Source of the DNA: Candidatus Latescibacterota bacterium
Lineage (GTDB): Bacteria; Latescibacterota; UBA2968; UBA8231
Reading direction: 5' to 3'
Length of the DNA stretch: 64,000 nt
Assembly (NCBI GenBank): GCA_965223905.1
Contig: CBDCXV010000011.1
Location: 800,001 to 864,000 of the forward strand
Part shown: positions 9,054-20,401 of the stretch, piece after piece
How the letters are laid out: every line of letters starts with the position of its first letter
Numbering within the stretch: the stretch's first letter is position 1
The notes under the pieces: model-generated
Told to the model about the DNA's origin: nothing
Database searches by the model: none
The model's input: the letters and a program-made list of their open reading frames with translations, nothing else
Translations under genes and position numbers: made by a program

Positions 9054-10010
9054 ATGAGCACTCAAGGACACCTGACGGTCATGCGCTCCGGGGCGCTGGG
9101 TGATGCCGTCCTGACACTGCCGGCAACGGTGGCTCTCCGCCGCGGGTTCGGCGATTTGCCGATCCATCTCGTCTTTCCTCGAATGATGGCCGACGTCGCC
9201 GGCTCCGATTTATTTACCGACGTCGGGGGGGCTGCTGTCGCCTCTCTTTTCGATTCCGCTTCGGACATCCCTCACACCACACGCGCAGCCCTCTCCGGCA
9301 GTCGCTTTCTGCTCGCCTATTCCTCGCGCGGCGACGAGCTTGGCAACCGCCTGCAGCAGCTCGTTGCGGGAGATGTCGTCGTCTGGGATCCCCGTCCCCC
9401 GGCAGGCTTTGCACAGCACATCACCCGCCATCTGGACAACCCCCTGAGGGAGTTGGGTATGCCGGTTAACGAGTGGCAGCCGCGCATCCCCGTGCGACCC
9501 GAACACCGCATGCAACTGGAACGGAACCTGAACGCGGACCTGATGGCGGTCTTCCGCCGCCGGGAAGGGGAACTGCTGGTCGCCGTTCACCCGGGCAGCG
9601 GAGGAGTGCACAAGTGCTGGCCGAAACAGAATTTCGCGGGGCTGATAAACGAGTTGCTTCGCGCAGGAGTCCGAGTCGTCGTTCTCCTCGGTCCGGTCGA
9701 AGCCGAGGCGAAAGGGGACGCCGAAAAGCTGGTTTTTCCTGGTGTCTACAACATCTCGCCCGGGACCGTGGGGCAACTAGCAGCAGTGCTCGAGCGCGTA
9801 GACCTGTTCGTCGGCAACGATTCTGGACCGGGGCACGTGGCCGCCGCGGTGGGAACGCCTACGGTATCCCTGTTCGGGCCGACGAATCCGGCAGTCTGGA
9901 GACCGCTGGGGCCAAAAGCCGAGGTACTCGCCTCGGAAAACCAGGATATCGCCTCGATCCCAGTCGCCGTCGTCGTCCACACCGTCCTCCGTGCACTGGA
10001 GGAAATGTGA
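9054..10010 (+). CDS. Glycosyltransferase family 9 (LPS heptosyltransferase-like)
   Basis: Motifs GALGDAVLTLP, HPGSGGVHKCWP, FVGNDSGPGHVAAAVG and LFGPTNPAVWRP. Confidence 0.92.
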   Translation: MSTQGHLTVMRSGALGDAVLTLPATVALRRGFGDLPIHLVFPRMMADVAGSDLFTDVGGAAVASLFDSASDIPHTTRAALSGSRFLLAYSSRGDELGNRLQQLVAGDVVVWDPRPPAGFAQHITRHLDNPLRELGMPVNEWQPRIPVRPEHRMQLERNLNADLMAVFRRREGELLVAVHPGSGGVHKCWPKQNFAGLINELLRAGVRVVVLLGPVEAEAKGDAEKLVFPGVYNISPGTVGQLAAVLERVDLFVGNDSGPGHVAAAVGTPTVSLFGPTNPAVWRPLGPKAEVLASENQDIASIPVAVVVHTVLRALEEM

Positions 10011-10693
10011 TGCGTGGCTGGTTCCGAAAAGACCCGAATAGCAGGTACCCGGAGGGGAACGACGTCGATTTCACCGCGGACCGTGAGCGCATGGTGCAGT
10101 CGCAGCTGGTTGCCAGGGGCATTGGAGACCTCGGTGTGCTTGCTGCTTTCCGACAGGTTCCGCGACATCTGTTCGTCGCCCCGGAATTCCGCACGCGGGC
10201 ATGCGAAGACCACCCTCTGCCGATCGGTTTCGATCAGACAATTTCGCAACCCTTTGTCGTCGCATACATGCTTCAGGCTCTCGCATTGCGAGGGACGGAA
10301 CGCGTCCTGGAAATAGGCACAGGCTGCGGCTATCAGACCGCCTTACTGGCGGAGTTGTCGTCCTACGTGTGCACGATGGAATTCTACCCTGAGTTGTCCG
10401 AGCGCGCCCGCAGAACGCTGGGACAGCTGGCCTACACCAATATCTCCTTTTCCGTGGGCGACGGAACCCGGGGGTGGGCTCACTGTGCCGGGCAGGAATT
10501 CGATGCCATAATCGCTTCGGCCGCCCCCCGGGAGATCCCGCCCAAGCTCTGCGAGCAGCTATTGCCGGGAGGGCGCATGATTCTGCCAATCGGATCGCTG
10601 AAACAGGAACTCGTGCTGGTGCGAAATTCGGGCGATCGGCTCGATCGGGAAACGCTGATACCGGTGCGCTTCGTCCCGATGCAGGAAGAATGA
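10010..10693 (+). CDS. pcm: Protein-L-isoaspartate O-methyltransferase
   Basis: Motifs VPRHLFV, QTISQP, VLEIGTGCGYQTA, GDGTRGW and VRFVPM; its ATG overlaps the upstream TGA. Confidence 0.95.
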   Translation: MRGWFRKDPNSRYPEGNDVDFTADRERMVQSQLVARGIGDLGVLAAFRQVPRHLFVAPEFRTRACEDHPLPIGFDQTISQPFVVAYMLQALALRGTERVLEIGTGCGYQTALLAELSSYVCTMEFYPELSERARRTLGQLAYTNISFSVGDGTRGWAHCAGQEFDAIIASAAPREIPPKLCEQLLPGGRMILPIGSLKQELVLVRNSGDRLDRETLIPVRFVPMQEE

Positions 10694-10712
10694 AACCGCC
10701 CGGGCCCCAGGG

Positions 10713-11237
10713 TCAGTTGACCTCGCGGATGATTTCGATCATCACCTCCGCGGTCCCAGCTGACACTATCTCCAGTTCCAAGGCCGCGGCGAAGGACAGA
10801 TCGAGAACCCTTCCCTCGATGAACGGCCCGCGGTCGTTCACTTTCACGATCACCCTTCTGCCGTTGGTCAGGTGGGTGACCCGGATCATCGTTCCCAGCG
10901 GCAGCACGCGATGAGCGGCGGTCATTTTGTACATGTTGAAGGTCTCGCCGTTCGCCGTCTTGCGGCCGTGGAACTTCTCGCCGTAATAGGAAGCCACTCC
11001 GATCTGGTAAGCGTTCTCCCTGGAGATCTTGGAAACGTCGACCGGGTGGGCGGTCTTTCGCGGCTTCGCGATTCGCCCCCCGCGCCCGGCGGAAGCGGAG
11101 GATGCCGCGATTTCCGAGGGGGTATTCCTGTATATGGGTTGGGGAGTGCAGGCAGTGTGGAACACCCACGTTTGGGTCCACAACAACAGCAGGGAGAACA
11201 GGGTGCTGCGGGATCCCGTCGACCGCGCGCTGGCCAC
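10713..11237 (-). CDS. rlpA: Septal ring lytic transglycosylase RlpA-family lipoprotein
   Basis: Motifs GVASYYG..FHGRKTANGE, TAAHRVLPLG and VNDRGPF..GRVLDLS; N-terminal lipobox-like TAC. Confidence 0.92.
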   Translation of the reverse strand: MASARSTGSRSTLFSLLLLWTQTWVFHTACTPQPIYRNTPSEIAASSASAGRGGRIAKPRKTAHPVDVSKISRENAYQIGVASYYGEKFHGRKTANGETFNMYKMTAAHRVLPLGTMIRVTHLTNGRRVIVKVNDRGPFIEGRVLDLSFAAALELEIVSAGTAEVMIEIIREVN

Positions 11238-11259
11238 CGTGGCTACGTCCCGTCTAGAG

Positions 11260-12171
11260 CTACGTCTTCAGAGTACCAACGATCGCGTTGATGTCGTCGA
11301 TGCCGTTCTTTTCGCAGTGTGCGCGCATGCCGTCGACGACAGCAAGGGCGGCATCCGGGATAACGAACGTCGCGGTGCCCACCTGCACACAGGTGGCTCC
11401 TGCGATCATGAACTCGATTGCGTCCGTCGCCGTGGATATTCCCCCTGTTCCGATCAGCGGCACGGCGACCGCGTTCCGTACCTTCCATGTCATTGCCAGC
11501 GCCACCGGCTTGATCGCAGGACCCGAGAGGCCGCCGGTGACATTGGCCAGAAACGGCCGCCTCTCCCGGACATCGACGGCCATACCCACCAGGGTGTTTA
11601 TCAGCGAAATGGCGTCCGCCCCGGCCCCTTCCACCGCCTTGGCGATCTCGCCGATGTCCGTGACGTTGGGCGTGAGTTTGGCGATTACCGGCAGCTTCGT
11701 AGCCCCCTTGACTGCAGCGATGACCTCTGCCGACGCCTCCGGCCGGCAGCCGAACAGCATTCCCCCGTCGCGCATGTTGGGGGAGGAAATGTTCACTTCC
11801 AGAGCCGCGATACCGTCGAGAGCATCCAGCGCCGCGGCCATCTCGCTATGCAGCTCTGCCGTAGGGGCGGCGATGTTGACGACGACCTCGGTGTCCAACT
11901 CCCGCAGGTAGGGCCACTTGTCGGCGATGAAACCCTGAAGGCCCGGATTCTGCAACCCGATCGAGTTAAGCATCCCTGCGGGGGTTTCCACAATTCTGGG
12001 AGGGGGATTTCCGGATCGTGGCTCTGGGGTGATCGTCTTGGTCACCAAGCCCCCTATCCGTCCCAGGTCGAAGAATGGTTCGAGCTCTTCGCCATACCCG
12101 CACGTCCCTGACGCCAGGAGCACCGGGTTTCGCAGTTCGATCCCCGCGAACCTCGCAGCCAGCTCAACCAT
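11260..12171 (-). CDS. pyrD: Dihydroorotate dehydrogenase B, catalytic subunit
   Basis: Motifs NPVLLASGT, GMLNSIGLQNPG, EVNISSPN, KLTPNVTDI and GGLSGPAIKP; likely start MVELAARF. Confidence 0.95.
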   Translation of the reverse strand: MVELAARFAGIELRNPVLLASGTCGYGEELEPFFDLGRIGGLVTKTITPEPRSGNPPPRIVETPAGMLNSIGLQNPGLQGFIADKWPYLRELDTEVVVNIAAPTAELHSEMAAALDALDGIAALEVNISSPNMRDGGMLFGCRPEASAEVIAAVKGATKLPVIAKLTPNVTDIGEIAKAVEGAGADAISLINTLVGMAVDVRERRPFLANVTGGLSGPAIKPVALAMTWKVRNAVAVPLIGTGGISTATDAIEFMIAGATCVQVGTATFVIPDAALAVVDGMRAHCEKNGIDDINAIVGTLKT

Positions 12172-12242
12172 TGCCACCCGGGCCTTTCCTGTCGCACCGA
12201 TCCCTGTGGGCGCGATTCCTGTTCGCGGGAAAGGCAGCGGCA

Positions 12243-13064
12243 CTACGGAAGCGGGTGCACATCTTCCCAGGCGATCTCGCGGGCATCGTACACCGGACCG
12301 TCGGCGCAGACGCGGCTGTAGCGATGGTAAGGGGAGTCGGTTGCAACCCGGGGAACGACGCAGCCGACGCAGACTCCGAACCCGCAGGCCATGTATTCCT
12401 CGAGCGACGCGAAACAGGCAATGCCGCGAGCCCGGCAGATCCCCGCCACCGCGGCCATCATCGCCGATGGTCCACAGGTGTAGACCGTAACCGCGGATAG
12501 GGCGTCGAGCTCCTCGACCAGCAGATCGGTTGCAACTCCCCTCTGCCCGGCGCTGCCGTCGTCGGTCGCGATCCGGTGTTCGGAAGCGGCCGCGGACAGG
12601 AGCTCTTCCGGCAGCAGTTTCGCCGCCTCCCGAGCACCCACAAGAAGCCGCACATGGTGCCGTGCACGCAGGCGTTCACCCAGGAACAGCAATGGAGGAA
12701 CCCCGATACCTCCCCCTACCATAACCGCGGTCGCTGGCGGATCCGGGAAACCAATCCCCAGCGGTCCAAGGCAGCGCAAATGCTCCCCCTCGCGGGCGCG
12801 ACTCAGCAGGGAGGTTTTGGGGCCCATGTCTTCGAACAGAACCTCGATCGTTCCTTTCCGCAAATCCGCGGCGCTGACACTGAGGGGCACCCTCAACAAC
12901 GGCGCCATCCCCCCGCTACCCACCTGCAGCTGGACAAACTGGCCGGGGATAACTCTTTCCGCCACCGCAGAATGGTAAAGGCGGAGGCGGTAGAAATCGG
13001 CGGCCACCTCTTCGTTCGACTCCACCAGTACCTCGAAATCGGAGGGAGACGTGTAATCGCTCAT
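12243..13064 (-). CDS. pyrK: Dihydroorotate dehydrogenase electron-transfer subunit
   Basis: Motifs PGQFVQL, GGGIGVPP, TDDGS, CGP, EEYMACGFGVCVGC and VCADGPV. Confidence 0.93.
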   Translation of the reverse strand: MSDYTSPSDFEVLVESNEEVAADFYRLRLYHSAVAERVIPGQFVQLQVGSGGMAPLLRVPLSVSAADLRKGTIEVLFEDMGPKTSLLSRAREGEHLRCLGPLGIGFPDPPATAVMVGGGIGVPPLLFLGERLRARHHVRLLVGAREAAKLLPEELLSAAASEHRIATDDGSAGQRGVATDLLVEELDALSAVTVYTCGPSAMMAAVAGICRARGIACFASLEEYMACGFGVCVGCVVPRVATDSPYHRYSRVCADGPVYDAREIAWEDVHPLP

Positions 13065-16000
13065 TCGGTCTCCTGTTGTCCGCTTCCGGAGTCCGTCGCC
13101 TGCCGCTGGACCGGAGGAGGTACGGTTGCGACAGGCACCCCGTCATTCGCCGCCACCGTTTCGGGGAGTATCGAGTCGGCTCCACCCGCAACGGACTCCG
13201 AGGTGGGCCGAGGATCGGTCCCGCGGCTGGGGTAAAACGGAATCGCAATCTCCACCCACACCTCCGCCTTTTCCCCGTCCAAGTCTATCGCGGGAAAAAA
13301 GACGTACTGGCGAGCTGTCTCGAGGGCTTCGGGAACCAGCGACTCGTCCCCGACAAAGGCCTCGACAACGGCTGGTTTCCCCTCGACCGTGACGAGGATA
13401 TCGACGATGACCTCAGCCGAATCCACTTCGGCACCAGCCGGCAGAACCGGCAGACTGCTTTTGCGGACCACCGCCTCCTCGCGCAGGGGAAGCAGCGACC
13501 TGGGCGGAGCGTAAAGATCTTCAGGCGGGGGAAGGGGCAGGTCGATCTCTTCCAGGGTCGACATGTCGAGATCCTCGGATTCCAAGGTGGGGAACTCGTC
13601 CCTCAAGGAGATGACGGCAGGATTGTCCCGGTCCTTGCGGAGGATCTCGCGCAGATAGTGGTTGGAGGAATCGGCGCGGCCTTCCCGGGTGTGAACGGCG
13701 AACAGGCGGTAATAGACGCCGACCAGGTTCCCGCGCATCCTCAAGGAGTCGTGAAAGTAGTCGAGGGCGTCGTCGAAGTAGGCCCCTTCCCATGCTATTT
13801 CCCCCAGTCCGAACAGGGCTTCCGGACTCCGCTGCTTCTCCTGGAGACAGAGTTCGTAATACTCCCGCGCCGTTTCCAGGACTCCGCGGCGATGAGCGCG
13901 CAACGCAAAACCGAGATACTTGCGGGCAAGCAGCACTGAATCGGCCGTGTCCGGCTCGACGGCGATCGTCGTTACCTTCTCACCCGGCTTTTCCCCCCCA
14001 CGAAGCGTAATGAATTCCCGCTCCAGCTTGTCCAGCAGCCCCTCGGCACGCGCCTCCCCGCGCTCGAGCGCGTGCGTGGCCAGGAGGGTGCCTGGGAACT
14101 CCTCTGCTATTCGCGCGTACCTGTCCTCAGCCGCTGTGGTGTCCCCGGCGACGTTCTCATAGGTCCAGGCGGTCAGCCACAGCGCCCTGGCCCCGGACTC
14201 GGTTGCCGGATACTCCGCGATCAGCCGGTCGAACTCCGGCATGTAGCGATCCAGGGAGTCGATGTCCTCCAGACGGATCTTCTCGATGCGTTCGTACTCC
14301 TCCAGGGCGCGCTGTTCCGCGGTGACGTCCCTTACGTGGCCGAGCAGTTCCCTCGCCGCATTGGCGTGTTCCGTCAGCGGGAAATCCTGGACCAGTCGCT
14401 GCAGCCAAGAGGCCGCAGACTCCTCGTCCCCTTTCATTTCGGTATGGATCCAGGCGATGCTGTAGAGGGCCCTGGGAACCTGGTGCGATTCCGGGAAACG
14501 CCGCTTGAATTCGAGATAGAAGTGGATGGCCGAGTCCGGCATTGCGAGGCGGTCCCGGTAGATCTCGGCGACCGCCAGGATGGTCTCGTCCAGTTTTTTC
14601 CTGGGATCCTCCCATTTCTTACGTCTGCCTGCGGATGAGGTCCGCGATCCTGCCTCCCCGTCCTCCCCGTTTCGGACGCCGGACGCCGCGGGCACCTCCG
14701 TCATCCCGATACCGGCCAAGGCTTCGTCGACCTCGTTCCCGGAGTGGGTCGTGTCCGTCGAAGCGGTGGCGTCGGCAGCCACAGCAGCGCTGTCCGCCGG
14801 GATCACCCCTGGCATCTCGATACCAGGGAAGGCCTGGTCGACCTTCCTGCCGGAGATGGCCGTGTCCGCCGGGGCGGTGGCGACATCGGCCAGTTCCGCG
14901 CTGTCCGCCGGGGGCACCGCGGTCATCTCGATACCAGGTAAGATCTGGTTGACCTCCTTGTCGAAGATGGCAGTTTCCGCTTGCCCAGGTGCATCCCCGG
15001 CCACTGCCGCACTGTCGGATTCAGCGGCCAGGGCCAGCGCCAGGGTCGCGGAATCGGCAGCTGCTGCCTCTGCGGCATCCAGGGAATCCGCCACATGGAT
15101 CTTGCGCAGCAGCTTTTCCGCCTCCTTCAGGTCGGACAGGGTTTCCTTCGCGAGCTGAGCCGCCTCGGAATTCCTCTTCTCCGCCGACACGGTCTCGAGG
15201 TATTCCCGCGCCAGGACGCGGTCGGCGTTGCGGCTCAGATAGATGAGAGAGGTGCGGTAAATCGCCATCGCCGAGGCGTCGGTCTGGGGAAAATCATCGC
15301 GGATCCGGGTGAATTCCTCCAGGGCTTTTTCCGGCAGACCCTGGTCTTCGTAGTACTGACCGATCAGCAGTCGGGTCCGGCCTTCGAAGGGCCGGAAGCT
15401 CCCGTCCTTCAGCAGTTGCCAGTACGTATCCCTGGCCTTTTCGACCTCTCCCATCTGGTACAGCAGCCTCCCCTGCTCCAGGCGCGCTCTGTACTCGGTC
15501 CGTTTCGTTGGGGATTCGCGCAACACCTCCGCGAACGCCTCGGCGGCCGTGGCGAACAGCGAGGAATCCTCCAGTGCGACCGCGGCCTCACCGAGCCGGA
15601 GCCAGAGTTCGGCGCGGTTCTCCGCTTTCGGAAAGCTCTCCAGAGTCGACCTGTATTCTTGGATCGCGGAGGCATACTCCTCCTGCTCGAATGCCATCTC
15701 GCCGAGACGGTACCCGGCGAGGGCGGATATTTCGGCGTCCGTGGCCGCGCTGAAAAGGGCGCGATACAGGCTTCGGGCTTCGGCGAAGTCGCCCTGGCCC
15801 TCGAAACAGAGCCCGCGCCAGTACCGGGCACGGGTGAAGTACTCGCTTTCGGGGAAGTTGGTCTCGAGATCCCTGAACGACCTCGCGGCATCGCGGTAGT
15901 CACCTTGCCAGTAGAACGCCCTTCCCAGCAGGAACATGGCGTCGTCTACGAGATCGCTGTCGCGATGCTTCTCAAGCACCTTGGAGGCCTTGCGAGCCGC

Positions 16001-16255
16001 CTGTTCGTACAGGTCGTTCGGGGCCTTCCCGCCTCGACTACGCTGTTGGCTTCTGTAAGGCCGGGCTCGACGGTCCTCCCGGTCTGTCCTCTCCGGCTGC
16101 TGCTGTTCGATTGCCTTCCTCGCCTTTTCCGCCTGCCGGAAATACCTCTGGGCATTGTAATAGGTATTGAAATAGACGCAGCCACCCAGCACGGATGCGC
16201 AGAAGAAGAGCAGCGCAGCCGGAGTCGCGGGAGAAATTCGCAAGGGGGCAATCAC
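13061..16255 (-). CDS. Large TPR lipoprotein (YFNTYYNA N-terminus) with acidic repeat linker and TonB-C-like tail
   Basis: Lipobox LGGC, many TPR-like helical repeats, C-terminal [11 protein letters not shown]...A.QYVFFPA...VWVEIAIPF pattern. Confidence 0.75.
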   Translation of the reverse strand: MIAPLRISPATPAALLFFCASVLGGCVYFNTYYNAQRYFRQAEKARKAIEQQQPERTDREDRRARPYRSQQRSRGGKAPNDLYEQAARKASKVLEKHRDSDLVDDAMFLLGRAFYWQGDYRDAARSFRDLETNFPESEYFTRARYWRGLCFEGQGDFAEARSLYRALFSAATDAEISALAGYRLGEMAFEQEEYASAIQEYRSTLESFPKAENRAELWLRLGEAAVALEDSSLFATAAEAFAEVLRESPTKRTEYRARLEQGRLLYQMGEVEKARDTYWQLLKDGSFRPFEGRTRLLIGQYYEDQGLPEKALEEFTRIRDDFPQTDASAMAIYRTSLIYLSRNADRVLAREYLETVSAEKRNSEAAQLAKETLSDLKEAEKLLRKIHVADSLDAAEAAAADSATLALALAAESDSAAVAGDAPGQAETAIFDKEVNQILPGIEMTAVPPADSAELADVATAPADTAISGRKVDQAFPGIEMPGVIPADSAAVAADATASTDTTHSGNEVDEALAGIGMTEVPAASGVRNGEDGEAGSRTSSAGRRKKWEDPRKKLDETILAVAEIYRDRLAMPDSAIHFYLEFKRRFPESHQVPRALYSIAWIHTEMKGDEESAASWLQRLVQDFPLTEHANAARELLGHVRDVTAEQRALEEYERIEKIRLEDIDSLDRYMPEFDRLIAEYPATESGARALWLTAWTYENVAGDTTAAEDRYARIAEEFPGTLLATHALERGEARAEGLLDKLEREFITLRGGEKPGEKVTTIAVEPDTADSVLLARKYLGFALRAHRRGVLETAREYYELCLQEKQRSPEALFGLGEIAWEGAYFDDALDYFHDSLRMRGNLVGVYYRLFAVHTREGRADSSNHYLREILRKDRDNPAVISLRDEFPTLESEDLDMSTLEEIDLPLPPPEDLYAPPRSLLPLREEAVVRKSSLPVLPAGAEVDSAEVIVDILVTVEGKPAVVEAFVGDESLVPEALETARQYVFFPAIDLDGEKAEVWVEIAIPFYPSRGTDPRPTSESVAGGADSILPETVAANDGVPVATVPPPVQRQATDSGSGQQETE
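14685..15017 (-). repeat. Three diverged 111-bp (37-aa) tandem repeats inside the TPR gene
   Basis: Units [14 protein letters not shown] / [14 protein letters not shown] / [11 protein letters not shown]; anchors catc(t/c)cgatacc at ~14924, ~14813 and ~14702 give a period of 111. Confidence 0.8.
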
Positions 16256-19200
16256 CTGTCGGCGGGGGCGTGATAGTCCTGTAGTGCCCGCACCTTCAGC
16301 GGTGTGCGCTGCAGCGCCTCGATACCGGCAGCGGCGGCGCGGGCACCCGCAAGGGTCGTTGTGTACGGTATCGAGTGCATGATCGCAGCCCGCCGCACGG
16401 CGTGATCGTCGTACTGCGACTGCTCGTCAAGGGGAGTGTTCACCACCAGTTCGATGGCGTTGCTGCGGATCGCATCCACCACATGGGGCCGGCCCTCGTG
16501 GACCTTCAGGATCATCTCCGCGTCCACCCCCTGGGCGCGCAGAAACTCGCAGGTTCCGCGCGTCGCCAGCAGCTGGAACCCGGCCTCCTGGAGCCGGCGG
16601 GCAATCGGCAGAACCTCGAGTTTGTCGCGGTCGTTGACGCTTATGAAGACGCGGCCTGCCCGGGGCAGCATGGAGCCTGCCCCCATCTGGGCCTTGAGAA
16701 AGGCCTCCCCGAAATCGTTGCCGATACCCATTACTTCACCGGTCGATTTCATCTCCGGCCCCAGGAGGCCGTCGGCGCCGGGGAACTTGCTGAACGGCAG
16801 CACCGCCTCCTTGACCGATATGTGAGCGGGAGTGATGTCAGAGGTGATCCCCTGCTCACGGAGACTGCGCCCAGCCATCACCCTGGCGGCAATCTTGGCC
16901 AGTGGTTTTCCCGTCGCCTTGCTGACGAACGGCACCGTGCGCGATGCCCGCGGGTTCACTTCGAGGACGTAGACCCGCTCGTCGCAGATCGCGTACTGGA
17001 CGTTCATCAGACCGACCACGTTGAGGGCAAGCGCCAGCTTCGTCGTGTAGCGGCGCAGCAGTTCGAGGTTCTCGTCTGCGATTTGATAGGGAGGCAACAC
17101 GCAGGCGCTGTCCCCGGAGTGCACACCGGCGTGCTCGATATGTTGCATGATCCCGGCGACGAGAACCTCCTGTCCGTCGGCGACCGCATCGACGTCGAAT
17201 TCCTGAGCCCCTTCGAGGAAGCGGTCGATCAGGACAGGGTGCTGAGGAGATACAGAGATCGCCGATTCCATGTAGGTCTCGAGCCGGCTCTCGTCGTAGA
17301 CGGTTACCATGGCGCGCCCCCCGAGCACGTACGACGGCCGCACAAGCACAGGGTAGCCGATGCGCTCGGCGACGTCGCGCGCTTCCTCGAGGCTTCTCGC
17401 TATGCCGTTCTCAGGCTGCCGGATGTCGAGACGGCGCAGCAGGTTACCGAAATGCTCGCGGTCCTCGGCGCGATCGATGCTCTGCGGGGAGGTCCCGAGA
17501 ATCGGAACCCCTGCGGCTTCGAGATCCAGGGCGAGGTTCAGGGGCGTCTGACCTCCGAACTGGACGATGACCCCGAACGGCCGCTCCCGTTCGACGACAG
17601 CAAGGACGTCCTCGACGGTAAGCGGCTCGAAGTAGAGCTTGTCGGCGGTGTCGTAGTCGGTACTCACCGTCTCGGGGTTGCTGTTGATCATGATGGTCTC
17701 GTAGCCGTCTTCCGCGAGGGCGAAACAGGCGTGAACGCAGCAGTAGTCGAACTCGATACCCTGCCCGATGCGGTTCGGTCCCCCGCCGAGGATGACGATC
17801 TTTTCGCGGTCCGAACGCCTGGACTCGTTCTCCCTTTCGTAGGTCGAGTAGTGGTAGGGTGTATAGGCCTCGAACTCGGCGGCGCAGGTATCGACGGTTT
17901 TGAATACCGCCTCTACACCTTGTTCCCGGCGTTTCTTGCGCACGGTCCCCTCGTCGCATCCCTGCAAGTAGGCGAGCTGAGCGTCGCTGAATCCAAACCC
18001 CTTGGCGCGCCGCAACAGGGCGGCGTCGTCGAGTATCGGGCGTTCGCGGACAGCACACTCGACTTCGAAGATTTCGTAGAGGCGATCGAGAAACCACATG
18101 TCGATGCGGGTCAGCCTGTGGATCTCCTCGAGCGAGAACCCCTTGGCGACGGCGACCTTGATATGGAACAGCCGCTGGGAGCTCGGGTTGACGAGCCGCT
18201 CCCGGACTTCCTGATCGGAAACCTTCAACGGGTCGAAGTCCTTGCCGTCCCCGCCCCAGCCGGAGCGGCCGATTTCCAGGCTGCGGAGCCCCTTCTGCAG
18301 CGACTCGTGGAACGTCCTGCCGACGGCCATGGTTTCTCCCACCGACCTCATCTGGGTGTCGAGGGCGTCGGGAGTCTGCGGAAACTTCTCGAAAGCCCAG
18401 CGCGGGATCTTGGTGACAACGTAGTCTATGGTGGGCTCGAAAGAGGCTGGGGTTTCCCGTGTTATGTCGTTGGTGATCTCGTCGAGGGTGTATCCTACCG
18501 CCAGCTTTGCGGCGATCTTCGCGATGGGGAAGCCCGTCGCCTTGGAAGCGAGGGCCGAGCTGCGCGATACACGAGGGTTCATCTCTATTACAACCATGCG
18601 CCCGGTGTCCGGTTCCACGGCGAACTGAATGTTCGATCCCCCGGTGTCGACGCCGATGCGCCGAATCACCCGGATCGCGGCGTCGCGCATCTCCTGGTAC
18701 TGCTTGTCGGACAGGGTCTGGGCAGGGGCCACGGTGATGCTGTCGCCGGTGTGCACCCCCATCGGATCGAAGTTCTCGATCGAACAGATGATGACGACGT
18801 TGTCGTTGAGGTCGCGCATCACCTCGAGCTCGTATTCTTTCCACCCCAGTACCGACATCTCGATCAATACTTCCCCGATCGGACTCAGATCGAGTCCGTG
18901 GCTGACGATGCGTTCGAACTCCTCGCCGTTGTAGGCGATGCCGCCACCGGATCCCCCGAGCGTGAAGGAAGGGCGAACGATCGTCGGATAGCCGAGCTCC
19001 CGCTGTCCTTCCACCGCATCTTCGAGTGAATGCACGAAGTGGCCGGCCGGCATTTCCAGCTCGGCCTCATCCATTGCCCGCTTGAAAAGCTCGCGATCCT
19101 CGGCGGTGCGGATCGCCTCGAGGCGCGCGCCGACCAGTTCCACCCCGAAGCGTTCGAGAACTCCACGCTCCCCGAGTTCCACCGCGGTGTTCAACGCCGT

Positions 19201-19479
19201 CTGGCCTCCCACCGTCGGCAGCAGCGCCTGGGGCCTTTCAGCCTCGATGATCGCCTCGCACACCTCCGCGGTTATCGGTTCAATGTAAGTGCGGTCGGCG
19301 AACTCGGGGTCGGTCATGATAGTCGCCGGGTTGCTGTTGACGAGGACGATCTCGTACCCCTCTTCGCGCAGCGCCTTGCAGGCCTGGGTACCCGAATAAT
19401 CGAACTCGCATGCCTGACCGATGACGATCGGACCGGAGCCGATAAGCATTATTTTGTCGATATCAGTACGCTTGGGCAT
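16252..19479 (-). CDS. carB: Carbamoyl-phosphate synthase large subunit
   Basis: Starts [37 protein letters not shown]; duplicated ATP-grasp halves and C-terminal MGS domain. Confidence 0.98.
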   Translation of the reverse strand: MPKRTDIDKIMLIGSGPIVIGQACEFDYSGTQACKALREEGYEIVLVNSNPATIMTDPEFADRTYIEPITAEVCEAIIEAERPQALLPTVGGQTALNTAVELGERGVLERFGVELVGARLEAIRTAEDRELFKRAMDEAELEMPAGHFVHSLEDAVEGQRELGYPTIVRPSFTLGGSGGGIAYNGEEFERIVSHGLDLSPIGEVLIEMSVLGWKEYELEVMRDLNDNVVIICSIENFDPMGVHTGDSITVAPAQTLSDKQYQEMRDAAIRVIRRIGVDTGGSNIQFAVEPDTGRMVVIEMNPRVSRSSALASKATGFPIAKIAAKLAVGYTLDEITNDITRETPASFEPTIDYVVTKIPRWAFEKFPQTPDALDTQMRSVGETMAVGRTFHESLQKGLRSLEIGRSGWGGDGKDFDPLKVSDQEVRERLVNPSSQRLFHIKVAVAKGFSLEEIHRLTRIDMWFLDRLYEIFEVECAVRERPILDDAALLRRAKGFGFSDAQLAYLQGCDEGTVRKKRREQGVEAVFKTVDTCAAEFEAYTPYHYSTYERENESRRSDREKIVILGGGPNRIGQGIEFDYCCVHACFALAEDGYETIMINSNPETVSTDYDTADKLYFEPLTVEDVLAVVERERPFGVIVQFGGQTPLNLALDLEAAGVPILGTSPQSIDRAEDREHFGNLLRRLDIRQPENGIARSLEEARDVAERIGYPVLVRPSYVLGGRAMVTVYDESRLETYMESAISVSPQHPVLIDRFLEGAQEFDVDAVADGQEVLVAGIMQHIEHAGVHSGDSACVLPPYQIADENLELLRRYTTKLALALNVVGLMNVQYAICDERVYVLEVNPRASRTVPFVSKATGKPLAKIAARVMAGRSLREQGITSDITPAHISVKEAVLPFSKFPGADGLLGPEMKSTGEVMGIGNDFGEAFLKAQMGAGSMLPRAGRVFISVNDRDKLEVLPIARRLQEAGFQLLATRGTCEFLRAQGVDAEMILKVHEGRPHVVDAIRSNAIELVVNTPLDEQSQYDDHAVRRAAIMHSIPYTTTLAGARAAAAGIEALQRTPLKVRALQDYHAPADR

Positions 19480-19689
19480 ACCTTGGCAGCTGGGAATGGA
19501 CGGTTGCCGCGTCCTGCCCCCGAAATACCACATTGCAGAGCATCGGTGCGGTCTCTGCGGAGGGATGCAGGGTCAGTGAACGGGGAAATTCGGCGAAAAA
19601 CGGGGAGTGTTTGCCGGCGCGGCGCCAGTCGCCCTCGGAAAATCTCCCTGTTGCTGTCACATCGGGGGGCAGGCGGGTATCGAAAACGT

Positions 19690-20232
19690 CTACGACTTCT
19701 GAATGAAGCCGAGCCAGATAAGCAGAATGATCAGGCCGATCGTCGTAGCGTAGCCAATTTTGAGCAACTGCAACTTCATGGCCGCCCAATCGATTTGCCA
19801 GCGGGTTGGACGCGACCGTCTGAACCGGGGCCTGAAGGGTTCGTCGATTTCGCCTTGGAAGCGGTGCTCGTCGATCATCCGCACCAGCTCCGGATCGTAC
19901 TTGGCGATGGCGCGAAGGATCAGGCGCTTGCGACGCGCGACTTTCTCGCAAAATTCGTCCGCAGGCAGGGCCTTGCGCGAAGCCGCGGTAGCCCCATCCG
20001 GTTCACCCTCCCTTGAGCCGTCCCCACGGTCGGCGATCAGAATCACCGCCTGCTCGCGCTCGAGATTCTCCGCGAGACTGGAAACAACGTCGCGATCCTT
20101 GATGTTTTCGTGGATGACGGCGTAACAGGTATCGATGAACCGCTTGAAATCCTGGCGGATTTCCCCTTCCGAACGGCCTAGGAGATAGGACTCCTCGATT
20201 ATCTCTTCAATCGCTTCTCGGACTTTCGTCAT
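19690..20232 (-). CDS. Hypothetical protein with C-terminal transmembrane helix
   Basis: Protein-like charged helical sequence ending IGYATTIGLIILLIWLGFIQKS. Confidence 0.65.
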   Translation of the reverse strand: MTKVREAIEEIIEESYLLGRSEGEIRQDFKRFIDTCYAVIHENIKDRDVVSSLAENLEREQAVILIADRGDGSREGEPDGATAASRKALPADEFCEKVARRKRLILRAIAKYDPELVRMIDEHRFQGEIDEPFRPRFRRSRPTRWQIDWAAMKLQLLKIGYATTIGLIILLIWLGFIQKS

Positions 20233-20401
20233 TTCCAGTACCGGAACGGGTTTGGCAAAATGTCGACCCGAGCAAGACCGCCAAGTATCGGGGAAAGCTG
20301 TATTGGGGAGTCAGCGACGCCCTGAAGCCACTCGAGATGGCAGCGAGAGTGGATTCTACTTCGCGACGGCGGCATTAGGGTACTCGATCCCCCCGGGTAA
20401 G

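Noticed and set aside
16375-19029. 884-aa plus-strand ORF
   Set aside because: Antisense shadow of carB, expected from GC-rich codon bias; no family motifs.
20300-20400. Hairpin CCACTCG...GAGTGG as a tRNA or riboswitch
   Set aside because: No cloverleaf or known aptamer motif; single stem only.
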